IMG/VR virus record: IMGVR_UViG_3300045988_115074
Location: 173,303-237,302 of that record
DNA length: 64,000 nt
DNA from: a virus
Reading direction: 5' to 3' (one strand)
The number at the start of each line of letters is the position of its first letter. Position 1 is the stretch's first letter. The notes beneath the pieces were generated by a model. It worked only from the letters and a program-made list of their open reading frames with translations. It did not search any database and was not told the DNA's origin. The position numbers and the translations under genes are program-made. This document shows positions 31,070 to 39,286 of this stretch, in pieces.

Positions 31070-32131
31070 ATGAATAAAGTAATATACGGCATTACTGCAA
31101 ATACTAAAGTATTAACGACAGATGGTTTTAAGGAGGTAATTAACTTATCTAAAGATGATATTATTATATCAGAAAACAGTGTAGATGCTACTGTATTGGA
31201 TATCCAACAGGAAGGTTATAATAACACACATTATGTTATTCTAGAAGATGGTAGAGGTGTTGAATTAGGTGATAACTATCAGTTAGATTACATAATTGCC
31301 AAGTCTAGAATCAAACTACGCACTAGTCCAATATCTTCTATCAATATTCCTGATAATACTTTTATCAAGTTAAAGTTAATTGATAGTCCTTATAGAACCA
31401 CTGTGAATGATACTGACTTAATTCCACCTTACACAATGGGCGTATTACTAGGTAATGGCTATTGTAACAATTATAACTTAGAATTAAGTTCTCCTTACGA
31501 TGAGTTATTTGAAAAAGTAAGTAATGAATTAACCGATGATAATCTAAGAGTATCTATGGTTAAAGAGTTACAAGGTACTAAGAGAGCTTTAATTGTAAGG
31601 AAAAAAGAGTATAACCATAATCATGATATTAAGAACAGTTATCGAGAGAAGTATTTGTCGTATGGATTAGGTGGTTTACTAGCTAATAGTAAGTTTATTC
31701 CTGATGAATACCTTTATAAGATTAACTTAAAACAAAGAATAGAATTAATTAGAGGACTATTAGATACAGATGGTAATGTCTCTCCTTCTAAGAGTATTAG
31801 ATTTAATACTGTAAGCCATAGGTTAGCTAAAGGGTTACAATATCTAGTTTGGTCTATTGGTGGTAGATGTGCCACGAGGAAAGAGATTATGGCACCACAC
31901 AGAGTAACACATCAAGACGTATATTGGGTATATATTAACTATGTCGATTTTATTAAGTTATTTACTGTAGGTAAGAAATTGAATAGATTGAAAGATAGAA
32001 GATATTTACCTAATAAAGATAAATGGATTAAAGTATCTTCTATTGAGAAATCAAATAGAGAAGTACTTACTTATAGTATTACTTTAGATAAAGATGTTAG
32101 GTTAATTACTGATACGTATATAGGAATTTAA
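31070..32131 (+). CDS. free-standing LAGLIDADG homing endonuclease with intein-like (Hint) flanks
   Basis: Two LAGLIDADG motifs (MGVLLGNGYC, LIRGLLDTDGNV); N-terminus GITANTKVLTTDGFKEVINL and NNTHYVILEDG look like intein blocks A and B; C-terminus VLTYSITLDKDVRLITDTYIGI looks like blocks F and G but lacks the terminal HN; own SD and ATG. Confidence 0.8.
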   Translation: MNKVIYGITANTKVLTTDGFKEVINLSKDDIIISENSVDATVLDIQQEGYNNTHYVILEDGRGVELGDNYQLDYIIAKSRIKLRTSPISSINIPDNTFIKLKLIDSPYRTTVNDTDLIPPYTMGVLLGNGYCNNYNLELSSPYDELFEKVSNELTDDNLRVSMVKELQGTKRALIVRKKEYNHNHDIKNSYREKYLSYGLGGLLANSKFIPDEYLYKINLKQRIELIRGLLDTDGNVSPSKSIRFNTVSHRLAKGLQYLVWSIGGRCATRKEIMAPHRVTHQDVYWVYINYVDFIKLFTVGKKLNRLKDRRYLPNKDKWIKVSSIEKSNREVLTYSITLDKDVRLITDTYIGI

Positions 32132-32133
32132 TA

Positions 32134-32187
32134 ATGCATAATAAGACTGTATCAACTGCACCATGGCGTAAAGACCTATTATCTTAA
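32134..32187 (+). pseudogene. displaced original 3' end of the beta' C-fragment gene
   Basis: ATGCATAATAAGACTGTATCAACT...TAA encodes [17 protein letters not shown], a synonymously diverged copy of the [17 protein letters not shown] at 30946-30999; followed by a terminator. Confidence 0.7.
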
Positions 32188-32198
32188 AATCTATTTGT

Positions 32199-32228
32199 AT
32201 TAGAGTGTGTCGCAAGATGCACTCTAAT
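32199..32228 (+). terminator. hairpin plus T-rich run after the relic 3' end
   Basis: ATTAGAGTG-N12-CACTCTAAT then ATATTTTATTTT. Confidence 0.6.
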
Positions 32229-32317
32229 ATATTTTATTTTAAACATATACTACTAAACTGAAAGAGAAGAGCCTTCTTCTAATAATTTAATTTATAGTTA
32301 ATTAACGGAGTATTACC

Positions 32318-32581
32318 ATGATTGAATTACTAAAACCAATAGATAACCAAAAAGAATGTGACAACCTTAGGCGACAATTGATAAAAGATATTGTCTCTGA
32401 TTTTGAGTATCGTATCGGATTACAAGATAAGCTATTAAAACAAGCTATTGCATTTCGTGAAGAATGTGTAGCAAAGGGTTTAATTTCTCTTATTCCTGAT
32501 ACCGATAAGAAGATTGATTATCTTCGTGAGGATATCGCGTGGCTTAGTGAGAATGTGATTCAAGGAATTGAATCATTGTAA
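32318..32581 (+). CDS. hypothetical protein (87 aa)
   Basis: ORF track; GGAG SD. Confidence 0.65.
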   Translation: MIELLKPIDNQKECDNLRRQLIKDIVSDFEYRIGLQDKLLKQAIAFREECVAKGLISLIPDTDKKIDYLREDIAWLSENVIQGIESL

Positions 32582-32586
32582 GATAC

Positions 32587-32622
32587 TACTACAGTAGATA
32601 GGGATACCTATCTACTGTAGTA
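32587..32622. terminator. bidirectional hairpin between convergent genes
   Basis: TACTACAGTAGATAGG-GATA-CCTATCTACTGTAGTA. Confidence 0.7.
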
Positions 32623-32623
32623 T

Positions 32624-33049
32624 TTATCCTAATACAATATATAATTTTTTTTCTTTAAATACTTTAGTTAAGTACTCTCTAACCAATCTATTATACTTAA
32701 TTGGATTACTGGACTTATGTGTCGTTTGTCCTTTAACACTAATCCAAGCATTGATTGGGTTATCTGAAATGAAAGTATTTACAGCTTCATCCAATGTTTC
32801 AAATAACACACCACTATTGTTATAGTCTTTAACGTATACAGTAGGTGTATATTTTGGATGAATATTAAAATAGATAAAATCTTTATCTTTAGATAAACAA
32901 TATTTAGTAATGTTTAAATTAGCATGTTTTCTATTTAGCCAATCAACAATTAATTCGTTATCACTAACATTTTCTTGTTGTTCCCATACCCATTCAGGTA
33001 CTTCTAATCTTTCTTTATAGAGAGTTAAACTAGAGAGAGATTGAGTCAT
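32624..33049 (-). CDS. hypothetical protein (141 aa)
   Basis: ORF track; GAGGA SD. Confidence 0.7.
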   Translation of the reverse strand: MTQSLSSLTLYKERLEVPEWVWEQQENVSDNELIVDWLNRKHANLNITKYCLSKDKDFIYFNIHPKYTPTVYVKDYNNSGVLFETLDEAVNTFISDNPINAWISVKGQTTHKSSNPIKYNRLVREYLTKVFKEKKLYIVLG

Positions 33050-33144
33050 TTTAATTCCTCATTGCGTTAAAGACAAGATAAATCAGTGCTAAAACTGCAA
33101 TTAGACTAATAACAATTGTAATTAGCTGTTCTGTTGTAACCATT

Positions 33145-33354
33145 TTATTTTCCCAATAAAAAATAAAAAATATAAATTAATACTAATACCAATAGGAACT
33201 TAATCCCATAGTATACGTCATCACCTACTTTACTTTTAAAAGCAATTCTTTTGTCTTTTAGATATTCTAATGTAGGTGCTACTGTTACTACTACTGTTTC
33301 TATACCAGAATAGAGTTTACGAATAACCTTTTTAAATAGTTTTTTATAATCCAT
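33145..33354 (-). CDS. hypothetical small membrane protein (69 aa)
   Basis: ORF track; C-terminal hydrophobic helix; weak SD. Confidence 0.5.
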   Translation of the reverse strand: MDYKKLFKKVIRKLYSGIETVVVTVAPTLEYLKDKRIAFKSKVGDDVYYGIKFLLVLVLIYIFYFLLGK

Positions 33355-33385
33355 TTTATTTTACCCAGCAAAAAGCATAAGTAAC

Positions 33386-33415
33386 TAGATAGGACACATT
33401 ATAGTGTCCTATCTA
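33386..33415 (-). terminator. hairpin downstream of the tRNA cluster
   Basis: TAGATAGGACAC-N6-GTGTCCTATCTA. Confidence 0.55.
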
Positions 33416-33431
33416 ATATACTCTATTGAAT

Positions 33432-33842
33432 TGGTCCGCGAGGTGGGACTCGAACCCACACGACCTATGGTCGAAAGATTTTCTTACTACTCTTGCTTTC
33501 ACAAGCCTGGTATAGTTATCAGTTGTAGTCTGGACTATATCATTACCTTCAACTTTACTTGCTAAGGTATCCTGAGCGTAGTCTCTGAACCTTCCTCTTA
33601 TCCTACTTAAAGACTTAGAGGCTCGGCTGCTGATTGACCAATTTCCGATATTCTTATAACTTTCGTATTCGTCGTTTCCAACCACACTGTAGTCATCGGA
33701 ACTATAAGGTTATTCCAGCAGTTTCCAGGATTCTCATCTATATATTTCTATATAGCGGCTCTATGTTCATCTAAATATCAGTTAAGATATTAAGACTACT
33801 ATACTAAAGTCTTTTATGTCTACCCAATTCCATCACTCGCGG
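33432..33842 (-). tRNA. tRNA-Leu: tRNA-Leu(UAA) interrupted by a group I intron (exons 33842-33807 and 33482-33432)
   Basis: The joined exons give an 87-nt class II tRNA: acceptor CCGCGAG/CTCGCGG, D arm ATGGAATTGGGTAGACAT, anticodon stem AAAGA/TCTTT, loop CT-TAA-AA, long variable arm CGACCATAGGTCG, T arm GTGGGTTCGAGTCCCAC, encoded CCA. Confidence 0.8.
33483..33806 (-). mobile_element. group I intron in the tRNA-Leu(UAA) anticodon loop (between nt 34 and 35)
   Basis: 324 nt; follows an exon U and ends in G; R element GGTTCAGAGACTACGC and S element ATGATATAGTCCAGAC; the first 15 nt can pair with exon AAGACT (P1). Confidence 0.75.
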
Positions 33843-33965
33843 AAAAATCGGTTTAAACTAGTTTCATCACCGAAAGTTTTTTATCACACTAGTACTTTGC
33901 CTATTCATTACATTTTAAAGCAGCACCGTACGTCAGAATAGGAATTGAGTACGAGTACTTCTATT

Positions 33966-34049
33966 TGGTGGAGGGAGTAGGATTTGAACCTACGAACCTT
34001 TCGGGGCGGATTTACAGTCCGCTGGATTTAACCACTCTCCAATCCCTCC
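33966..34049 (-). tRNA. tRNA-Tyr: tRNA-Tyr(GUA)
   Basis: Folded by hand: acceptor GGAGGGA/TCCCTCC, anticodon arm GCGGA-CTGTAAA-TCCGC, long variable arm, T arm GTAGGTTCAAATCCTAC, CCA. Confidence 0.85.
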
Positions 34050-34257
34050 AGTTAATTTAATAACCCCATCCTTCAGTACATATAATAGAATTCATGGTAT
34101 TATCTCCTAATTGGGTATACTCTTACAGGATTTACCTGCATCTACCACCGTAGGTTACGTTTGTCCGAAAGCATTGATACAAGCGGTTTGAAGTAGAAGA
34201 TGTGCTTTTACGTAACTATTGGTGATTGTTTTATTTTAAACTAAAGAGTACATTAAC

Positions 34258-34332
34258 TGGCGCACCTAGAAAGATTCGAACTCTCACTAAAGGTATAGAA
34301 CACCCTTGTGCTATCCATTACACTATAGATGC
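34258..34332 (-). tRNA. tRNA-Arg: tRNA-Arg(UCU)
   Basis: Folded by hand: acceptor GCATCTA/TAGGTGC (one G-U), anticodon arm AGGGT-GTTCTAT-ACCTT, T arm GAGAGTTCGAATCTTTC, CCA; 75 nt. Confidence 0.8.
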
Positions 34333-34339
34333 TAATAAC

Positions 34340-34425
34340 TGGTGCGTGAGGAGAGACTCGAACTCTCACTCCTTTCGGAACAAGGACCTAAACCTTGCGT
34401 GGCTGCCTGATTTCACCACTCACGC
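34340..34425 (-). tRNA. tRNA-Leu: tRNA-Leu(UAG)
   Basis: Folded by hand: acceptor GCGTGAG/CTCACGC, anticodon arm CAAGG-TTTAGGT-CCTTG, long variable arm, T arm GAGAGTTCGAGTCTCTC, CCA. Confidence 0.85.
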
Positions 34426-34585
34426 TCATTTTCATATATAGAGAAGATATAGAAAATATTATTTAGTTTTTAAAAATAGCTCTTCAACATATATTCTAGA
34501 ATAATTCAGATATATACTACTATAGTGAAAGAGAAGAGTAAACTTCTTATTTAACTATTTTACTATTTATATAAAGGAAATTACT

Positions 34586-34913
34586 ATGTTGACTTTTAAA
34601 CAAAAATCCGCTTGGATTCTCCGTAACCAAGGTCGTGTTATCCGTTTTGCTAAAGCTATTGAAGCTTTGGAAAACACTGTATCTAAAAACAAAGCTCACA
34701 AACAGTGCGTGGAGTACAACTTCCACCGTACTGAAATTATTCGTTGGTTCTCCTAGCGAATACAATTCTTTATTTGCTAAATACGAGAACGATATCGCTA
34801 CCATCGATACCAGCATTGAATCTGGTGAACGTAAAGTGAATCGTATGAAATCTGTTGCACAAAAATTACGTGCACATGAGAAAGTAATCTATACTTTACC
34901 ACACACTTGGTAA
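34586..34913 (+). CDS. hypothetical protein encoded in two frames (56-aa frame 0 to TAG at 34754, continuing in +1 frame to 34913)
   Basis: TATATAAAGGAAATTACTATG box at 34586; frame 0 gives MLTFKQKSAWILRNQGRVIRFAKAIEALENTVSKNKAHKQCVEYNFHRTEIIRWFS*; the +1 frame from 34755 gives SEYNSLFAKYENDIATIDTSIESGERKVNRMKSVAQKLRAHEKVIYTLPHTW*; a terminator follows. Confidence 0.5.
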
Positions 34914-34929
34914 GGTGTAGATCAAAAAA

Positions 34930-34960
34930 GAAACCCCTTAATCGGGATTTCTTTTTTTTT
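34930..34960. terminator. hairpin plus T9 run between convergent genes
   Basis: GAAACCCC-TTAATC-GGGATTTC then TTTTTTTTT. Confidence 0.75.
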
Positions 34961-34965
34961 GCTTT

Positions 34966-35526
34966 TTATTTCTTTTCTTCAAATGATTTCCAAATACCAA
35001 TAGATGTAGCAATCATCATCATCTTGTCAGAACCTACTACAGTGTCATCTAACTTCCAACCTAATCTAATTCTAAGGCATTTATCTTTTCTAAATGGATA
35101 ACGGTAGATTAAATAGAATTCCCAAACACCATTTTCATTATATTGGAATAATACACCTTCACAACCGTGGTCTGAAGTATCTGGATTACCATGATTAATT
35201 AAACATTTACCGATTGGTCTACCTAGGTAATAGTAATCAAACCAATAGCCTTTATTGCGCCATAACCATGCTGTACGACGTTTAAACTTAATAAAGGTAG
35301 TATCACCAGGCCATCTCTCTAAATGCCATTGATCACCGTCTATAGGGTTATCGTGAGTTAACCAAGGTGTAAAGACTTTAGGTACGTTACCTTCTTTATT
35401 GGTTAAACTAAATAAAGCAATAATAGGCCCTAATGGATAAGAGAGTAGACTTACTACTGTAGAGATAATAAACAAAGGAATAAAAAGAATAAGGTTCTTA
35501 ATGAGTTTAAAATAAATGTGATTCAT
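34966..35526 (-). CDS. hypothetical membrane-anchored protein (186 aa)
   Basis: ORF track; two N-terminal hydrophobic helices. Confidence 0.7.
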   Translation of the reverse strand: MNHIYFKLIKNLILFIPLFIISTVVSLLSYPLGPIIALFSLTNKEGNVPKVFTPWLTHDNPIDGDQWHLERWPGDTTFIKFKRRTAWLWRNKGYWFDYYYLGRPIGKCLINHGNPDTSDHGCEGVLFQYNENGVWEFYLIYRYPFRKDKCLRIRLGWKLDDTVVGSDKMMMIATSIGIWKSFEEKK

Positions 35527-35600
35527 ATTTTGTCTTTCTTAACTGTTAATAGATAGTGTGAATAATCATACAAATTAAAAAAGAAACATAAGGAAATACT

Positions 35601-35630
35601 ACTCTCTACTCCTATTTTGGAGTAGAGAGT
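35601..35630. terminator. hairpin ACTCTCTACTCC-TATTTT-GGAGTAGAGAGT
   Basis: Read directly; lies between the tRNA-like element and the gene start at 35526. Confidence 0.6.
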
Positions 35631-35865
35631 AATACTTAAGAATAGGGGTGAAACAAAACCACCGAGTCACCAGCCTCTAGGAAATGAAAGGATATACACT
35701 ACTATCCTATATAACCTTTAGTAGAGGGTTTGAATTAACTTTAGTCTTTCAACTTTCTATCTTTAATTCGTATAAATAATCTTTAAGCTTTAGTATCTTT
35801 CGAACTTTAAACTTTTAGCTTTTATCCATTCGCTATTGGGCAATCTCTATTTACCCAAATATATA

Positions 35866-35937
35866 TTTCCTTAGGGTGAGTCGAACACCCGACACACTGT
35901 TTAACTGACAGTTGCTCTACCACTGAGCCATAAGGGG
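35866..35937 (-). tRNA. aberrant tRNA-like element (Asn GUU-like)
   Basis: Canonical D arm GCTCAGTGGTAGAGC, anticodon arm ACTGT-CAGTTAA-ACAGT, T arm GGGTGTTCGACTCACCC; but position 33 is A rather than U, and acceptor pairs 1-72 and 2-71 are C-A mismatches. Confidence 0.4.
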
Positions 35938-36129
35938 TCGTATGCTAATTGGTTGTAAGCACTTAGATTATTCCGAATCTAAGACGGAGTGTATTGGATT
36001 TATCATTATTCGATAACCAATGGTTTTGTTTCTTTTTAACAAAATCAATAAGTCCAAGCCTTCATTTAAGAAGAAATGAAATGAAAGAAGAATAGAAAAA
36101 TTTGCAAAAACTATACTTCTTTCATATAA

Positions 36130-36169
36130 AGAACTACTTCTAAATTTTAATTTATTCAAAAGTAGTTCT
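36130..36169 (-). terminator. hairpin downstream of 36200 gene
   Basis: AGAACTACTT-N20-AAGTAGTTCT; no strong U run. Confidence 0.35.
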
Positions 36170-36199
36170 CTATTCTTTACATAACTCTAATCATTAGAA

Positions 36200-36838
36200 T
36201 TAGAATTCAATAATGGTAGTGGCATTAGATTCAGACAAAACGTAGTCTACTTCTTCGATAAAAGTATCAATACGTTTACGTTCTGCTTCGATGTATTCAT
36301 TTACATCTTTAATACCAGATACTTTAACTTCTACAATCGCTTTTTTCAAACGACGTTCTTCTTCAGTCAATACAGTTTTTAGATAGTCTTCTGAAACATC
36401 TTGACCTTGTGAATTTTTAATCAGGTTTTCACGTACAGAAGCAAACTTAGTATCAGCACTGATTTTACTTTGTTCTACACGAGATTCAGCATTACGGTTT
36501 TCACGAGTAATGCGGTCCAAGAAGTTATTGCGGTAAACAATAGTGTTTTTGTATACCAATGCGTCAGCTACGGATAGCTCTTCACCACCAATAACTACTT
36601 TGGTTACTTCGTTAGACTTACGAACTGCTGCTTTAATGTTATTCAGTTCAGCGAACAAATCATTAAATTGGTCGAAGTTAGATTTGGTCATTTTCAGATT
36701 ATCTTTAAAGACATCTGATTCATCATCTACTTCACGTTTCATCAAAGTAACAACAAATTGGCTTTCTACCAGTCGAGCCAGTTGTTTTTCAATGGTTTTA
36801 GCACGAGTCAGTGCACGAGTAATAGACATTGTAGTCAT
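36200..36838 (-). CDS. hypothetical coiled-coil protein (212 aa)
   Basis: ORF track; AAAGGAAATCAAAATG box. Confidence 0.75.
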   Translation of the reverse strand: MTTMSITRALTRAKTIEKQLARLVESQFVVTLMKREVDDESDVFKDNLKMTKSNFDQFNDLFAELNNIKAAVRKSNEVTKVVIGGEELSVADALVYKNTIVYRNNFLDRITRENRNAESRVEQSKISADTKFASVRENLIKNSQGQDVSEDYLKTVLTEEERRLKKAIVEVKVSGIKDVNEYIEAERKRIDTFIEEVDYVLSESNATTIIEF

Positions 36839-36933
36839 TTTGATTTCCTTTTAACTAAATTGAGATTTAAACTTTAAAAAAATAGGAGAGAGAGCGAAAT
36901 GAGTTACATTTCAATAATTAGGTAATACTAAAA

Positions 36934-37563
36934 CTATTTTGTTTTAGCATGAGTAATACCTGTTTGGTCTTGGTATACACCATTGTATCCTGTATTGTTT
37001 TCATCAGGAGTATGTCTAGTGAAGTAGATTGTACCAATACCTTCATTTGCATATACACGCATGTGGATATTGGTTTGGTTATAAATCTCCAATACCAGTT
37101 GTCCTGACCATCCTGACTTCAATGTAGTCGGTGCCATATTCATTCCTACACGAGCATAAGAGGATTTACAGTACAATACACCACTGATGTCATTAGGGAT
37201 GTTAAATCGCTCTACAGTGTGTGCCAATACCATGGTTTTAGGTGGAATTAGGAAATATACTGTACCATCTCTTTCTCGAATAGGTTCAATAAAGAGTTTA
37301 GTTAACTCTTTTTGCTCACTCAAGTCTTTCTTAATATCCAATACTGGATGGGCATGATTATCTTTATTAGGATTAATCTTAGCAGTAGGAACTACCAATT
37401 CCAATGGTGTTTCAGCAATACGGGCATCGTAGCAGTTCTCCGCTAATCCGTAAGAAGCTACAATACGTCCATCCACCATATGTACTTTTTTATTCACAAA
37501 ATCAGTAATTACAGGAAAATCAGCATAAGCTAATTCCTTAATCTCTTTGCTATTCAAATACAT
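36934..37563 (-). CDS. dcd: dCTP deaminase family protein
   Basis: CKSSYARVGMNMAPTTLKSGWSGQLVLEIYN matches Dcd [33 protein letters not shown]; C-terminal YNGVYQDQTG matches the Y.G.YQ.Q motif. Confidence 0.85.
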   Translation of the reverse strand: MYLNSKEIKELAYADFPVITDFVNKKVHMVDGRIVASYGLAENCYDARIAETPLELVVPTAKINPNKDNHAHPVLDIKKDLSEQKELTKLFIEPIRERDGTVYFLIPPKTMVLAHTVERFNIPNDISGVLYCKSSYARVGMNMAPTTLKSGWSGQLVLEIYNQTNIHMRVYANEGIGTIYFTRHTPDENNTGYNGVYQDQTGITHAKTK

Positions 37564-37578
37564 TTATCTTTTTCCTTT

Positions 37579-38604
37579 TTAAGTATACAAGTATTCTGTT
37601 AAAATATTACCTAGAAGATTACGACACTTAATCTCTACATTACTTACATCGTAACTTAGTTCAGACATATCCAAGTCAACACCTAACAGTCTAGGGAATT
37701 CACATCCACAGTAATAGATTTGGTTGACTCTTTGTCTTTTCAATTCTTCAATTTGTTCTTTAAACTTCTCGTCTTGATTATAACGAGAAGCAATACCTGT
37801 TTTAACTACGTAAGAAACAATATCAAATAACTTCTTACCACTAGGTAATACGTTAGTGCGTTTAGTAGTAATGTACTCTATCAAATCTTTTTTAGTCGAT
37901 TCTATAAAACCATTATAGTCTCTTGGTCTTACTGTGTCACTCATTAGGTTAAAATCTACATAATCGTAAATGGCTTCTAGTACATTGGTATATTGTTTTA
38001 ATTCACCTAAAGGAGAGTCCATAAGTACTGGTCTCTCACCTACAATACCTAATGGGCTAGAGCCTTTAAACCAATAAGCATTACCATGTACCTTATCTTC
38101 TGTAAACATAGCATTAAATCGATTAGGACACTTACTGGAGTCAATACAGAACGTAAATAGTACTTTGGTATTAAATAACTCTTTCTCTATTCTTTCTTGA
38201 AATTCTAACCAAGATTGTTCATTTAAAAAACAATTGACGATAGGGATTCTTAATTCGTCAATACAATGTCCAATTCCATTGTCTTCAAAATAACCTTTTT
38301 CAAACTTTTTTAAAGCATGGATAAATACATCCATGTTAAACTCAAATGGTTTATCGACAATAGCATAAGGAATGCTCACTAGATTCACATTCTCAGTACT
38401 AAAACACCAATAACCATTTTCACTAAAGTAATCATCTTCTAGTTCTTTAAACATACCATACCAAAGAGGATACATTTCTTTAAAGACTTCTGTAACTCTT
38501 ACTGAATTCTCATCAGGTAATCCTTCGTAACATACTGGTACTGCTAAGTTTGTTAAACTAACATCACAATCGAATAAACTTCGCTCTATAAATCGGACAG
38601 ACAT
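37579..38604 (-). CDS. hypothetical protein (341 aa)
   Basis: ORF track; AAGGTAG SD; no motif recognised. Confidence 0.7.
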   Translation of the reverse strand: MSVRFIERSLFDCDVSLTNLAVPVCYEGLPDENSVRVTEVFKEMYPLWYGMFKELEDDYFSENGYWCFSTENVNLVSIPYAIVDKPFEFNMDVFIHALKKFEKGYFEDNGIGHCIDELRIPIVNCFLNEQSWLEFQERIEKELFNTKVLFTFCIDSSKCPNRFNAMFTEDKVHGNAYWFKGSSPLGIVGERPVLMDSPLGELKQYTNVLEAIYDYVDFNLMSDTVRPRDYNGFIESTKKDLIEYITTKRTNVLPSGKKLFDIVSYVVKTGIASRYNQDEKFKEQIEELKRQRVNQIYYCGCEFPRLLGVDLDMSELSYDVSNVEIKCRNLLGNILTEYLYT

Positions 38605-38660
38605 ATCTTCTACCTTCTTAAGTTATGTTTTCATTGATAAGCAAAAGAACATAAAAAATA

Positions 38661-38692
38661 CACTATACTCAGGTGGCCACCTGAGTATAGTG
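38661..38692. terminator. 32-bp perfect palindrome CACTATACTCAGGTGGCCACCTGAGTATAGTG
   Basis: Read directly; on the minus strand it is followed by TATTTTTTAT, so it is the better terminator for leftward transcripts from the gene-free region. Confidence 0.6.
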
Positions 38693-39286
38693 TTTATAAA
38701 ATCAACTTTAGGATTAACAAAATCAAAAATACTAATTCAATACTTTACTAAGCACGTCTTATCCCATAATTTGCTTTTAAGAAACATTCTCCACATAACG
38801 TGCGTTTACAAACGAGTTAAGACTTATTCTCAAGACCGGTATTTATAAGGTTCTTAACCTGAGTTAGATTAACCATCAAAAGGACACTATTTAGGTTTAC
38901 TATCGTATCCTTGTGGTTTAAACCCTAATCACCTTATAACGAGCCTTAATCAAAATCTTTCAATCGTTATCTTTACGTTTAGGTTAGTAAAGGATTAAAC
39001 TTTCATAGAGATTCATAAAAAAGGATTGTTCAATTTCATTACTTAGTTTTTAGTTTCAGTATTCAAAATTATGTTTAAGCATATATATAGACCTACAAAT
39101 AAAAATAAAATCGCGCGAAACATACTTGGGTAGCTGCGCGATACAGGAGCGCCGTGCATCATGGTGGATACCAGACTTGTGTATCTTTGTTACCTATCTT
39201 AAGCGAACGCTTGTTGGATTTATCCTGTTATTGATTCTCTTATCCTCACCTGTTGCCTAGCAACCATCTTCTAAGTACGAATAACA

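Noticed and set aside
31070-32131. The idea that the LAGLIDADG protein is a true intein of the beta' C fragment
   Set aside because: It is separated from the host ORF by a stop codon and 70 nt, and has its own SD and ATG. It starts ..YGIT instead of Cys/Ser and ends ..YIGI-stop instead of HN, and the downstream residue would be Lys. The Hint-like blocks are kept as an evolutionary observation only.
33413-33685. 90-aa minus-strand ORF, considered as a possible intron-encoded endonuclease of the tRNA-Leu intron
   Set aside because: It runs through the ribozyme core and into the tRNA 3' exon. It has no LAGLIDADG, GIY-YIG or HNH motif and no SD.
34226-34441. 71-aa plus-strand ORF
   Set aside because: It is antisense to tRNA-Arg and tRNA-Leu(UAG).
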